Below are positions 25,701-39,100 of a DNA stretch of 64,000 nucleotides, piece after piece (position 1 is the first letter of the stretch; each line of letters begins with the position of its first letter). The stretch is from Auanema rhodensis (Eukaryota > Animalia > Nematoda). Under the pieces are notes generated by a model that was not told the DNA's origin, did not search any database, and was given only the letters and a program-made list of their open reading frames with translations. The position numbers were made by a program, and so were the translations under genes. The stretch covers positions 2,232,001-2,296,000 of the forward strand of contig OZ059894.1 of the NCBI GenBank assembly GCA_964057225.1, given 5' to 3'.

Positions 25701-28700
25701 ATTCAACGAAAAAATTAATTCTTCAGGGTGAAAATCGAGGATATAAGTGTGAACTTATATCAGTTGATATCTCGGTGCATTTTTAAGCTAGCGCAAATCT
25801 AATAACACAGATCGACGCAGCTTAAAAATCCGCATCGAATGCACTATACTACATTGAGGAACGCTTAATACAAAAATTAGTTATGATCGTTTGAAAAATA
25901 ATGCATTAGTGTATGTTGAGTTTCCATGTACACTCAACATAGCTTCCAAAAACATTTTGACAAAAATTTTTTCGAAAAATTTCAGAATAATTTAGCAAAA
26001 AGTAGATGTTTTTAGATTTCTTTTCTCAAGGCAAAGACGATGGACAATGTTATTCAACGAAAAAATTAATTCTTCAGGGTGAAAATCGAGGATATAAGTG
26101 TGAACTTATATCAGTTGATATCTCGGTGCATTTTTAAGCTAGCGCAAATCTGATAACACAGATCGATGCAGCTTGAAAATCCGCATCGAATGCACTATAC
26201 TACTTTGAGAAGCGCTTAATACAAAAATTAGTTATGATCGTTTGAAAAATGATGCATTAGTGTATGTTGAGTTTCCATGTACACTCAACATTGCTTCCAA
26301 AAACATTTTGACAAAAATTTTTTCGAGAAATTTCAAAATAATTTGGCGAAAAATAGATGTTTTTAGATTCCTTTTTTCAAGACAAAGACGATGGACAATG
26401 TTATTCAACGAAAAAATTAATTCTTCAGGGTGAAAATCGAGGATATAAGTGTGAACTTATATCAGTTGATATCTCGGTGCATTTTTAAGCTAGCGCAAAT
26501 CTGATAACACAGATCGACGCAGCTTGAAAATCCGCATCGAATGCACTATACTACTTTGAGAAGCGCTTAATACAAAAATTAGTTATGATCGTTTGAAAAA
26601 TGATGCATTAGTGTATGTTGAGTTTCCATGTACACTCAACATTGCTTCCAAAAACATTTTGACAAAAATTTTTTCGAAAAATTTCAGAATAATTTAGCAA
26701 AAAGTAGATGTTTTTAGATTTCTTTTCTCAAGGCAAAGACGATGGACAATGTTATTCAACGAAAAAATTAATTCTTCAGGGTGAAAATCGAGGATATAAG
26801 TGTGAACTTATATCAGTTGATATCTCGGTGCATTTTTAAGCTAGCGCAAATCTGATAACACAGATCGACGCAGCTTGAAAATCCGCATCGAATGCACTAT
26901 ACTACTTTGAGAAGCGCTTAATACGAAAATTAGTTATGATCGTTTGAAAAATGATGCATTAGTGTATGTTGAGTTTCCATGTACACTCAACATTGCTTCC
27001 AAAAACATTTTGACAAAAATTTTTTCGAGAAATTTCAAAATAATTTAGCAGAAAGTAGATGTTTTTAGATTCCTTTTTTCAAGGCAAAGACGATGGACAT
27101 TGTTATTCAACGAAAAAAGTAATTATTCAGGGTGAAAATCGAGGATATAAGTGTGAACTTATATCAGTTGATATCTCGGTGCATTTTTAAGCTAGCGCAA
27201 ATCTGATAACACAGATCGACGCAGCTTAAAAATCCGCATCGAATGCACTATACTACATTGAGGAACGCTTAATACAAAAATTAGTTATGATTGTTTGAAA
27301 AATGATGCATTAGTGTATGTTGAGTTTCCATGTACACTCAACATTGCTTCCAAAAACATTTTGACAAAAATTTTTTCGAAAAATTTCAGAATAATTTAGC
27401 AAAAAGTAGATGTTTTTAGATTCCTTTTTTCAAGGCAAAGACGATGGACAATGTCATTCAACGAAAAAATTAATTCTTCAGGGTGAAAATCGAGGATATA
27501 AGTGTGAACTTATATCAGTGGATATCTCGGTGCATTTTTAAGCTAGCGCAAATCTGATAACACAGATCGATGCAGCTTAAAAATCCGCATCGAATGCACT
27601 ATACTACTTTGAGAAGCGCTTAATACAAAAATTAGTTATGATCGTTTGAAAAATAATGCATTAGTGTATGTTGAGTTTCCATGTACACTCAACATTGCTT
27701 CCAAAAACATTTTGACAAAAATTTTTTCGAGAAATTTCAAAATAATTTGGCGAAAAATAGATGTTTTTAGATTCCTTTTTTCAAGACAAAGACGATGGAC
27801 AATGTTATTCAACGAAAAAATTAATTCTTCAGGGTGAAAATCGAGGATATAAGTGTGAACTTATATCAGTTGATATCTCGGTGCATTTTTAAGCTAGCGC
27901 AAATCTGATAACACAGATCGACGCAGCTTGAAAATCCGCATCGAATGCACTATACTACTTTGAGAAGCGCTTAATACAAAAATTAGTTATGATCGTTTGA
28001 AAAATGATGCATTAGTGTATGTTGAGTTTCCATGTACACTCAACATTGCTTCCAAAAACATTTTGACAAAAATTTTTTCGAAAAATTTCAGAATAATTTA
28101 GCAAAAAGTAGATGTTTTTAGATTCCTTTTTTCAAGGCAAAGACGATGGACAATGTCATTCAACGAAAAAATTAATTCTTCAGGGTGAAAATCGAGGATA
28201 TAAGTGTGAACTTATATCAGTGGATATCTCGGTGCATTTTTAAGCTAGCGCAAATCTGATAACACAGATCGATGCAGCTTAAAAATCCGCATCGAATGCA
28301 CTATACTACTTTGAGAAGCGCTTAATACAAAAATTAGTTATGATCGTTTGAAAAATAATGCATTAGTGTATGTTGAGTTTCCATGTACACTCAACATTGC
28401 TTCCAAAAACATTTTGACAAAAATTTTTTCGAGAAATTTCAAAATAATTTGGCGAAAAATAGATGTTTTTAGATTCCTTTTTTCAAGACAAAGACGATGG
28501 ACAATGTTATTCAACGAAAAAATTAATTCTTCAGGGTGAAAATCGAGGATATAAGTGTGAACTTATATCAGTTGATATCTCGGTGCATTTTTAAGCTAGC
28601 GCAAATCTGATAACACAGATCGACGCAGCTTGAAAATCCGCATCGAATGCACTATACTACTTTGAGAAGCGCTTAATACAAAAATTAGTTATGATCGTTT

Positions 28701-31700
28701 GAAAAATGATGCATTAGTGTATGTTGAGTTTCCATGTACACTCAACATTGCTTCCAAAAACATTTTGACAAAAATTTTTTCGAAAAATTTCAGAATAATT
28801 TAGCAAAAAGTAGATGTTTTTAGATTTCTTTTCTCAAGGCAAAGACGATGGACAATGTTATTCAACGAAAAAATTAATTCTTCAGGGTGAAAATCGAGGA
28901 TATAAGTGTGAACTTATATCAGTTGATATCTCGGTGCATTTTTAAGCTAGCGCAAATCTGATAACACAGATCGACGCAGCTTGAAAATCCGCATCGAATG
29001 CACTATACTACTTTGAGAAGCGCTTAATACGAAAATTAGTTATGATCGTTTGAAAAATGATGCATTAGTGTATGTTGAGTTTCCATGTACACTCAACATT
29101 GCTTCCAAAAACATTTTGACAAAAATTTTTTCGAGAAATTTCAAAATAATTTAGCAGAAAGTAGATGTTTTTAGATTCCTTTTTTCAAGGCAAAGACGAT
29201 GGACATTGTTATTCAACGAAAAAAGTAATTATTCAGGGTGAAAATCGAGGATATAAGTGTGAACTTATATCAGTTGATATCTCGGTGCATTTTTAAGCTA
29301 GCGCAAATCTGATAACACAGATCGACGCAGCTTAAAAATCCGCATCGAATGCACTATACTACATTGAGGAACGCTTAATACAAAAATTAGTTATGATTGT
29401 TTGAAAAATGATGCATTAGTGTATGTTGAGTTTCCATGTACACTCAACATTGCTTCCAAAAACATTTTGACAAAAATTTTTTCGAAAAATTTCAAAATAA
29501 TTTAGCAAAAAGTAGATGTTTTTAGATTCCTTTTTTCAAGGCAAAGACGATGGACAATGTCATTCAACGAAAAAATTAATTCTTCAGGGTGAAAATCGAG
29601 GATATAAGTGTGAACTTATATCAGTGGATATCTCGGTGCATTTTTAAGCTAGCGCAAATCTGATAACACAGATCGACGCAGCTTAAAAATCCGCATCGAA
29701 TGCACTATACTACTTTGAGAAGCGCTTAATACAAAAATTAGTTATGATCGTTTGAAAAATAATGCATTAGTGTATGTTGAGTTTCCATGTACACTCAACA
29801 TAGCTTCCAAAAACATTTTGACAAAAATTTTTTCGAAAAATTTCGAAATAATTTAGCGAAAAGTAGATGTTTTTAGATTCCTTTTTTCAAGACAAAGACG
29901 ATGGACAATGTTATTCAACGAAAAAATTAATTCTTCAGGGTGAAAATCGAGGATATAAGTGTGAACTTATATCAGTTGATATCTCGGTGCATTTTTAAGC
30001 TAGCGCAAATCTGATAACACAGATCGACGCAGCTTGAAAATCCGCATCGAATGCACTATACTACATTGAGGAACGCTAAATACAAAAATTAGTTATGATT
30101 GTTTGAAAAATGATGCATTAGTGTATGTTGAGTTTCCATGTACACTCAACATTGCTTCCAAAAACATTTTGACAAAAATTTTTTCGAAAAATTTCAAAAT
30201 AATTTAGCAAAAAGTAGATGTTTTTAGATTCCTTTTTTCAAGGCAAAGACGATGGACAATGTCATTCAACGAAAAAATTAATTCTTCAGGGTGAAAATCG
30301 AGGATATAAGTGTGAACTTATATCAGTGGATATCTCGGTGCATTTTTAAGCTAGCGCAAATCTGATAACACAGATCGACGCAGCTTAAAAATCCGCATCG
30401 AATGCACTATACTACTTTGAGAAGCGCTTAATACAAAAATTAGTTATGATCGTTTGAAAAATAATGCATTAGTGTATGTTGAGTTTCCATGTACACTCAA
30501 CATAGCTTCCAAAAACATTTTGACAAAAATTTTTTCGAAAAATTTCGAAATAATTTAGCGAAAAGTAGATGTTTTTAGATTCCTTTTTTCAAGACAAAGA
30601 CGATGGACAATGTTATTCAACGAAAAAATTAATTCTTCAGGGTGAAAATCGAGGATATAAGTGTGAACTTATATCAGTTGATATCTCGGTGCATTTTTAA
30701 GCTAGCGCAAATCTGATAACACAGATCGACGCAGCTTGAAAATCCGCATCGAATGCACTATACTACATTGAGAAACGCTTAATACAAAAATTAGTTATGA
30801 TTGTTTGAAAAATGATGCATTAGTGTATGTTGAGTTTCCATGTACGCTCAACATTGCTCCCAAAAACATTTTGACAAAAATTTTTTCGAAAAATTTCAAA
30901 ATAATTTAGCAAAAAGTAGATGTTTTTAGATTCCTTTTTTCAAGGCAAAGACGATGGACAATGTTATTCAACGAAAAAATTAATTCTTCAGGGTGAAAAT
31001 CGAGGATATAAGTGTGAACTTATATCAGTTGATATCTCGGTGCATTTTTAAGCTAGCGCAAATCTAATAACACAGATCGACGCAGCTTAAAAATCCGCAT
31101 CGAATGCACTATACTACATTGAGGAACGCTTAATACAAAAATTAGTTATGATCGTTTGAAAAATAATGCATTAGTGTATGTTGAGTTTCCATGTACACTC
31201 AACATAGCTTCCAAAAACATTTTGACAAAAATTTTTTCGAAAAATTTCAGAATAATTTAGCAAAAAGTAGATGTTTTTAGATTTCTTTTCTCAAGGCAAA
31301 GACGATGGACAATGTTATTCAACGAAAAAATTAATTCTTCAGGGTGAAAATCGAGGATATAAGTGTGAACTTATATCAGTTGATATCTCGGTGCATTTTT
31401 AAGCTAGCGCAAATCTGATAACACAGATCGACGCAGCTTGAAAATCCGCATCGAATGCACTATACTACTTTGAGAAGCGCTTAATACAAAAATTAGTTAT
31501 GATCGTTTGAAAAATGATGCATTAGTGTATGTTGAGTTTCCATGTACACTCAACATTGCTTCCAAAAACATTTTGACAAAAATTTTTTCGAAAAATTTCA
31601 GAATAATTTAGCAAAAAGTAGATGTTTTTAGATTTCTTTTCTCAAGGCAAAGACGATGGACAATGTTATTCAACGAAAAAATTAATTCTTCAGGGTGAAA

Positions 31701-33100
31701 ATCGAGGATATAAGTGTGAACTTATATCAGTTGATATCTCGGTGCATTTTTAAGCTAGCGCAAATCTGATAACACAGATCGACGCAGCTTAAAAATCCGC
31801 ATCGAATGCACTATACTACATTGAGAAACGCTTAATACAAAAATTAGTTATGATTGTTTGAAAAATGATGCATTAGTGTATGTTGAGTTTTCATGTACAC
31901 TCAACATAGCTTCCAAAAACATTTTGACAAAAATTTTTTCGAAAAATTTCGAAATAATTTAGCGAAAAGTAGATGTTTTTAGATTCCTTTTTTCAAGACA
32001 AAGACGATGGACAATGTTATTCAACGAAAAAATTAATTCTTCAGGGTGAAAATCGAGGACATAAGTGTGAACTTATATCAGTTGATATCTCGGTGCATTT
32101 TTAAGCTAGCGCAAATCTGATAACACAGATCGACGCAGCTTGAAAATTCGCATCGAATGCACTATACTACATTGAGAAACGCTTAATACAAAAATTAGTT
32201 ATGATTGTTTGAAAAATGATGCATTAGTGTATGTTGAGTTTCCATGTACGCTCAACATTGCTCCCAAAAACATTTTGACAAAAATTTTTTCGAAAAATTT
32301 CAAAATAATTTAGCAAAAAGTAGATGTTTTTAGATTCCTTTTTTCAAGGCAAAGACGATGGACAATGTTATTCAACGAAAAAATTAATTCTTCAGGGTGA
32401 AAATCGAGGATATAAGTGTGAACTTATATCAGTTGATATCTCGGTGCATTTTTAAGCTAGCGCAAATCTAATAACACAGATCGACGCAGCTTAAAAATCC
32501 GCATCGAATGCACTATACTACATTGAGGAACGCTTAATACAAAAATTAGTTATGATCGTTTGAAAAATAATGCATTAGTGTATGTTGAGTTTCCATGTAC
32601 ACTCAACATAGCTTCCAAAAACATTTTGACAAAAATTTTTTCGAAAAATTTCAGAATAATTTAGCAAAAAGTAGATGTTTTTAGATTTCTTTTCTCAAGG
32701 CAAAGACGATGGACAATGTTATTCAACGAAAAAATTAATTCTTCAGGGTGAAAATCGAGGATATAAGTGTGAACTTATATCAGTTGATATCTCGGTGCAT
32801 TTTTAAGCTAGCGCAAATCTAATAACACAGATCGACGCAGCTTAAAAATCCGCATCGAATGCACTATACTACATTGAGGAACGCTTAATACAAAAATTAG
32901 TTATGATCGTTTGAAAAATAATGCATTAGTGTATGTTGAGTTTCCATGTACACTCAACATAGCTTCCAAAAACATTTTGACAAAAATTTTTTCGAAAAAT
33001 TTCAGAATAATTTAGCAAAAAGTAGATGTTTTTAGATTTCTTTTCTCAAGGCAAAGACGATGGACAATGTTATTCAACGAAAAAATTAATTCTTCAGGGT
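19800..33100. repeat. Mosaic higher-order block with 2-, 9-, 15- and 28-monomer offsets; ends approximate
   Basis: tttGgcg at 23186, 26345, 27749, 28451; atacGaaa at 23766, 26925, 29031; ctAaatac at 24813/30078; ggaCataag at 22232/32060; cagtGgat in four pairs 702 bp apart. Confidence 0.8.
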
Positions 33101-36100
33101 GAAAATCGAGGATATAAGTGTGAACTTATATCAGTTGATATCTCGGTGCATTTTTAAGCTAGCGCAAATCTGATAACACAGATCGACGCAGCTTGAAAAT
33201 CCGCATCGAATGCACTATACTACTTTGAGAAGCGCTTAATACAAAAATTAGTTATGATCGTTTGAAAAATGATGCATTAGTGTATGTTGAGTTTCCATGT
33301 ACACTCAACATTGCTTCCAAAAACATTTTGACAAAAATTTTTTCGAAAAATTTCAGAATAATTTAGCAAAAAGTAGATGTTTTTAGATTTCTTTTCTCAA
33401 GGCAAAGACGATGGACAATGTTATTCAACGAAAAAATTAATTCTTCAGGGTGAAAATCGAGGATATAAGTGTGAACTTATATCAGTTGATATCTCGGTGC
33501 ATTTTTAAGCTAGCGCAAATCTGATAACACAGATCGACGCAGCTTGAAAATCCGCATCGAATGCACTATACTACTTTGAGAAGCGCTTAATACAAAAATT
33601 AGTTATGATCGTTTGAAAAATGATGCATTAGTGTATGTTGAGTTTCCATGTACACTCAACATTGCTTCCAAAAACATTTTGACAAAAATTTTTTCGAGAA
33701 ATTTCAAAATAATTTAGCAGAAAGTAGATGTTTTTAGATTCCTTTTTTCAAGGCAAAGACGATGGACATTGTTATTCAACGAAAAAAGTAATTATTCAGG
33801 GTGAAAATCGAGGATATAAGTGTGAACTTATATCAGTTGATATCTCGGTGCATTTTTAAGCTAGCGCAAATCTGATAACACAGATCGACGCAGCTTAAAA
33901 ATCCGCATCGAATGCACTATACTACATTGAGGAAAGCTTAATACAAAAATTAGTTATGATTGTTTGAAAAATGATGCATTAGTGTATGTTGATTTTCCAT
34001 GTACACTCAACATTGCTTCCAAAAACATTTTGACAAAAATTTTTTCGAAAAATTTCAAAATAATTTAGCAAAAAGTAGATGTTTTTAGATTCCTTTTTTC
34101 AAGGCAAAGACGATGGACAATGTTATTCAACGAAAAAATTAATTCTTCAGGGTGAAAATCGAGGATCTAAGTGTGAACTTATATCAGTTGATATCTCGGT
34201 GCATTTTTAAGCTAGCGCAAATCTGATAACACAGATCGACGCAGCTTACAAATCCGCATCGAATGCACTATACTACATTGAGGAACGCTTAATACAAAAA
34301 TTAGTTATGATCGTTTGAAAAATAATGCATTAGTGTATGTTGAGTTTCCATGTACACTCAACATAGCTTCCAAAAACATTTTGACAAAAATTTTTTCGAA
34401 AAATTTCAAAATAATTTAGCGAAAAGTAGATGTTTTTAGATTCCTTTTTTCAAGGCAAAGACGATGGACAATGTTATTCAACGAAAAAATTAATTCTTCA
34501 GGGTGAAAATCGAGGATATAAGTGTGAACTTATATCAGTTGATATCTCGGTGCATTTTTAAGCTAGCGCAAATCTGATAACACAGATCGACGCAGCTTGA
34601 AAATCCGCATCGAATGCACTATACTACATTGAGAAACGCTTAATACAAAAATTAGTTATGATTGTTTGAAAAATGATGCATTAGTGTATGTTGAGTTTCC
34701 ATGTACGCTCAACATTGCTTCCAAAAACATTTTGACAAAAATTTTTTCGAAAAATTTCAAAATAATTTAGCAAAAAGTAGATGTTTTTAGATTCCTTTTT
34801 TCAAGGCAAAGACGATGGACAATGTTATTCAACGAAAAAATTAATTCTTCAGGGTGAAAATCGAGGATATAAGTGTGAACTTATATCAGTTGAGATCTCG
34901 GTGCATTTTTAAGCTAGCGCAAATCTGATAACACAGATCGACGCAGCTTAAAAATCCGCATCGAATGCACTATACTACATTGAAGAACGCTTAATACAAA
35001 AATTAGTTATGATCGTTTGAAAAATAATGCATTAGTGTATGTTGAGTTTCCATGTACACTCAACATAGCTTCCAAAAATATTTTGACAAAAATTTTTTCG
35101 AAAAATTTCAGAATAATTTAGCAAAAAGTAGATGTTTTTAGATTTCTTTTCTCAAGGCAAAGACGATGGACAATGTTATTCAACGAAAAAATTAATTCTT
35201 CAGGGTGAAAATCGAGGATATAAGTGTGAACTTATATCAATTGATATCTCGGTGCATTTTTAAGCTAGCGCAAATCTGATAACACAGATCGACGCAGCTT
35301 AAAAATCCGCATCGAATGCACTATACTACATTGAGAAACGCTCAATACAAAAATTAGTTATGATCGTTTGAAAAATGATGCATTAGTGTATGTTGAGTTT
35401 CCATGTACACTCAACATTGCTTCCAAAAACATTTTGACAAAAATTTTTTCGAAAAATTTCAAATTAATGTAGCAAAAAGTAGATGTTTTTAGATTCCTTT
35501 TTTTAAGGCAAAGACGATGGACAATGTTATTCAACGAAAAAATTAATTCTTCAGGGTGAAAATCGAGGATATAAGTAAGAACATATATCAGTTGATATCT
35601 CGGTGCATTTTTAAGCTAGCGCAAATCTGATAACACAGACCGACGCAGCTTAAAAATCCGCATCGAATGCACTATTCTACATTGAGAAACGCTCAATACA
35701 AAAATTAGTTATGATCGTTTGAAAAATGATGCATTAGTGTATGTTGAGTTTCCATGTACAATCAACATTGCTTCCAAAAACATTTTGACAAAAATTTTTT
35801 CGAAAAATTTCAAAATAATTTAGCAAAAAGTAGATGTTTTCAGATTTTTTTTTTCAAGGCAAAGACGATGGACAATGTTATTCAACGAAAAAATTAATTC
35901 TTCAGGGTGAAAATCGAGGATATATGTGTGAACTTATATCAGTTGATATCTCGGTGCATTTTTAAGCTAGCGCAAATCTGATAACACAGATCGACGCAGC
36001 TTAAAAATCCGCATCGAATGCACTATACTACATTGAGAAACGCTTAATACAAAAATTAGTTATGATCGTTTGAAAAATGATGCATTAGTGTATGTTGAGT

Positions 36101-39100
36101 TTCCATGTACACTCAACATTGCTTCCAAAAACATTTTGACAAAAATTTTTTCGAAAAATTTCAAAATAATTTAGCAAAAAGTAGATGTTTTTAGATTCCT
36201 TTTTTCAAGGCAAAGACGATGGACATTGTTATTCAACGAAAAAATCAATTCTTCAGGGTGAAAATCGAGGATCTAAGTGTGAACTTATATCAGTTGATAT
36301 CTCGGTGCATTTTTAAGCTAGCGCAAATCTGATAACACAGATCGACGCAGCTTAAAAATCCGCATCGAATGCACTATACTACATTGAGAAACGCTTAATA
36401 CAAAAATTAGTTATGATCGTTTGAAAAATGATGCATTAGTGTATGTTGAGTTTCCATGTACACTCAACATTGCTTCCAAAAACATTTTGACAAAAATTTT
36501 TTCGAAAAATTTCAAAATAATTTAGCAAAAAGTAGATGTTTTTAGATTCCTTTTTTCAAGGCAAAGACGATGGACATTGTTATTCAACGAAAAAATCAAT
36601 TCTTCAGGGTGAAAATCGAGGATCTAAGTGTGAACTTATATCAGTTGATATCTCGGTGCATTTTTAAGCTAGCGCAAATCTGATAACACAGATCGACGCA
36701 GCTTAAAAATCCGCATCGAATGCACTATACTACATTGAGAAACGCTCAATACAAAATGTAGTTATGATCGTTTGAAAAATGATGCATTAGTGTATGTTGA
36801 GTTTCCATGTACACTCAACATTGCTTCCAAAAACATTTTGACAAAAATTTTTTCGAAAAATTTCAAAATAATTTAGCAAGAAGTAGATGTTTTTAGATTC
36901 CTTTTTTCAAGGCAAAGACGATGGACAATGTTATTCAACGAAAAAATAATTTCTTCAGGGTGAAAATCGAGGATATAAGTGTGAACTTATATCAGTTGAT
37001 ATCTCGGTGCATTTTTAAGCTAGCGCAAATCTGATAACACAGATCGACGCAGCTTAAAAATCCGCTTCGAATGCACTATACTACATTGAGGAGCGCTTAA
37101 TACAAAAATTAGTTATGATTGTTTGAAAAATGATGCATTAGTGTATGTTGAGTTTCCATGTACACTCAACATTGCTTCCAAAAACATTTTGACAAAACTT
37201 TTTTCGAAAAATTTCAAAATAATTTAGCAAAAAGTAGATGTTTTTAGATTCCTTTTTTCAAGGCAAAGACGATGGACAATGTTATTCAACGAAAAAATTA
37301 ATTCTTCAGGGTGAAAATCGAGGATATAAGTGTGAACTTATATCAGTTGATATCTCGGTGCATTTTTAAGCTAGCGCAAATCTGATAACACAGATCGACG
37401 CAGCTTAAAAATCCGCATCGAATGCACTATACTACATTGAGGAACGCTTAATACAAAAATTAGTTATGATCGTTTGAAAAATAATGCATTAGTGTATGTT
37501 GAGTTTCCATGTACACTCAACATAGCTTCCAAAAACATTTTGACAAAAATTTTTTCGAAAAATTTCAAAATAATTTAGCGAAAAGTAGATGTTTTTAGAT
37601 TCCTTTTTTCAAGGCAAAGACGATGGACAATGTTATTCAACGAAAAAATTAATTCTTCAGGGTGAAAATCGAGGATATAAGTGTGAACTTATATCAGTTG
37701 ATATCTCGGTGCATTTTTAAGCTAGCGCAAATCTGATAACACAGATCGACGCAGCTTAAAAATCCGCATCGAATGCACTATACTACATTGAGAAACGCTC
37801 AATACAAAATGTAGTTATGATCGTTTGAAAAATGATGCATTAGTGTATGTTGAGTTTCCATGTACACTCAACATTGCTTCCAAAAACATTTTGACAAAAC
37901 TTTTTTCGAAAAATTTCAAAATAATTTAGCAAAAAGTAGATGTTTTTAGATTCCTTTTTTCAAGGCAAAGACGATGGACAATGTTATTCAACGAAAAAAT
38001 TAATTCTTCAGGGTGAAAATCGAGGATATAAGTGTGAACTTATATCAGTTGATATCTCGGTGCATTTTTAAGCTAGCGCAAATCTGATAACACAGATCGA
38101 CGCAGCTTAAAAATCCGCATCGAATGCACTATACTACATTGAGGAACGCTTAATACAAAAATTAGTTATGATCGTTTGAAAAATAATGCATTAGTGTATG
38201 TTGAGTTTCCATGTACACTCAACATTGCTTCCAAAAACATTTTGACAAAAATTTTTTCGAAAAATTTCAAAATAATTCAGCAAAAAGTAGATGTTTTTAG
38301 ATTTCTTTTCTCAAGGCAAAGACGATGGACAATGTTATTCAACGAAAAAATAATTTCTTCAGGGTGAAAATCGAGGATATAAGTGTGAACTTATATCAGT
38401 TGATATCTCGGTGCATTTTTAAGCTAGCGCAAATCTGATAACACAGATCGACGCAGCTTAAAAATCCGCATCGAATGCACTATACTACATTGAGGAGCGC
38501 TTAATACAAAAATTAGTTATGATTGTTTGAAAAATGATGCATTAGTGTATGTTGAGTTTCCATGTACACTCAACATTGCTTCCAAAAACATTTTGACAAA
38601 AATTTTTTCGAAAAATTTCAAAATAATTTAGCAAAAAGTAGATGTTTTTAGATTCCTTTTTTCAAGGCAAAGACGATGGACAATGTTATTCAACGAAAAA
38701 ATTAATTCTTCAGGGTGAAAATCGAGGATATAAGTGTGAACTTATATCAGTTGATATCTCGGTGCATTTTTAAGCTAGCGCAAATCTGATAACACAGATC
38801 GACGCAGCTTAAAAATCCGCATCGAATGCACTATACTACATTGAGGAACGCTTAATACAAAAATTAGTTATGATCGTTTGAAAAATAATGCATTAGTGTA
38901 TGTTGAGTTTCCATGTACACTCAACATAGCTTCCAAAAACATTTTGACAAAAATTTTTTCGAAAAATTTCAAAATAATTTAGCGAAAAGTAGATGTTTTT
39001 AGATTCCTTTTTTCAAGGCAAAGACGATGGACAATGTTATTCAACGAAAAAATTAATTCTTCAGGGTGAAAATCGAGGATATAAGTGTGAACTTATATCA

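Noticed and set aside
23083-38367. Five 63-aa plus-strand ORFs as genes
   Set aside because: Satellite monomers that lost one stop codon; TTG start, no gene context and no recognisable protein.
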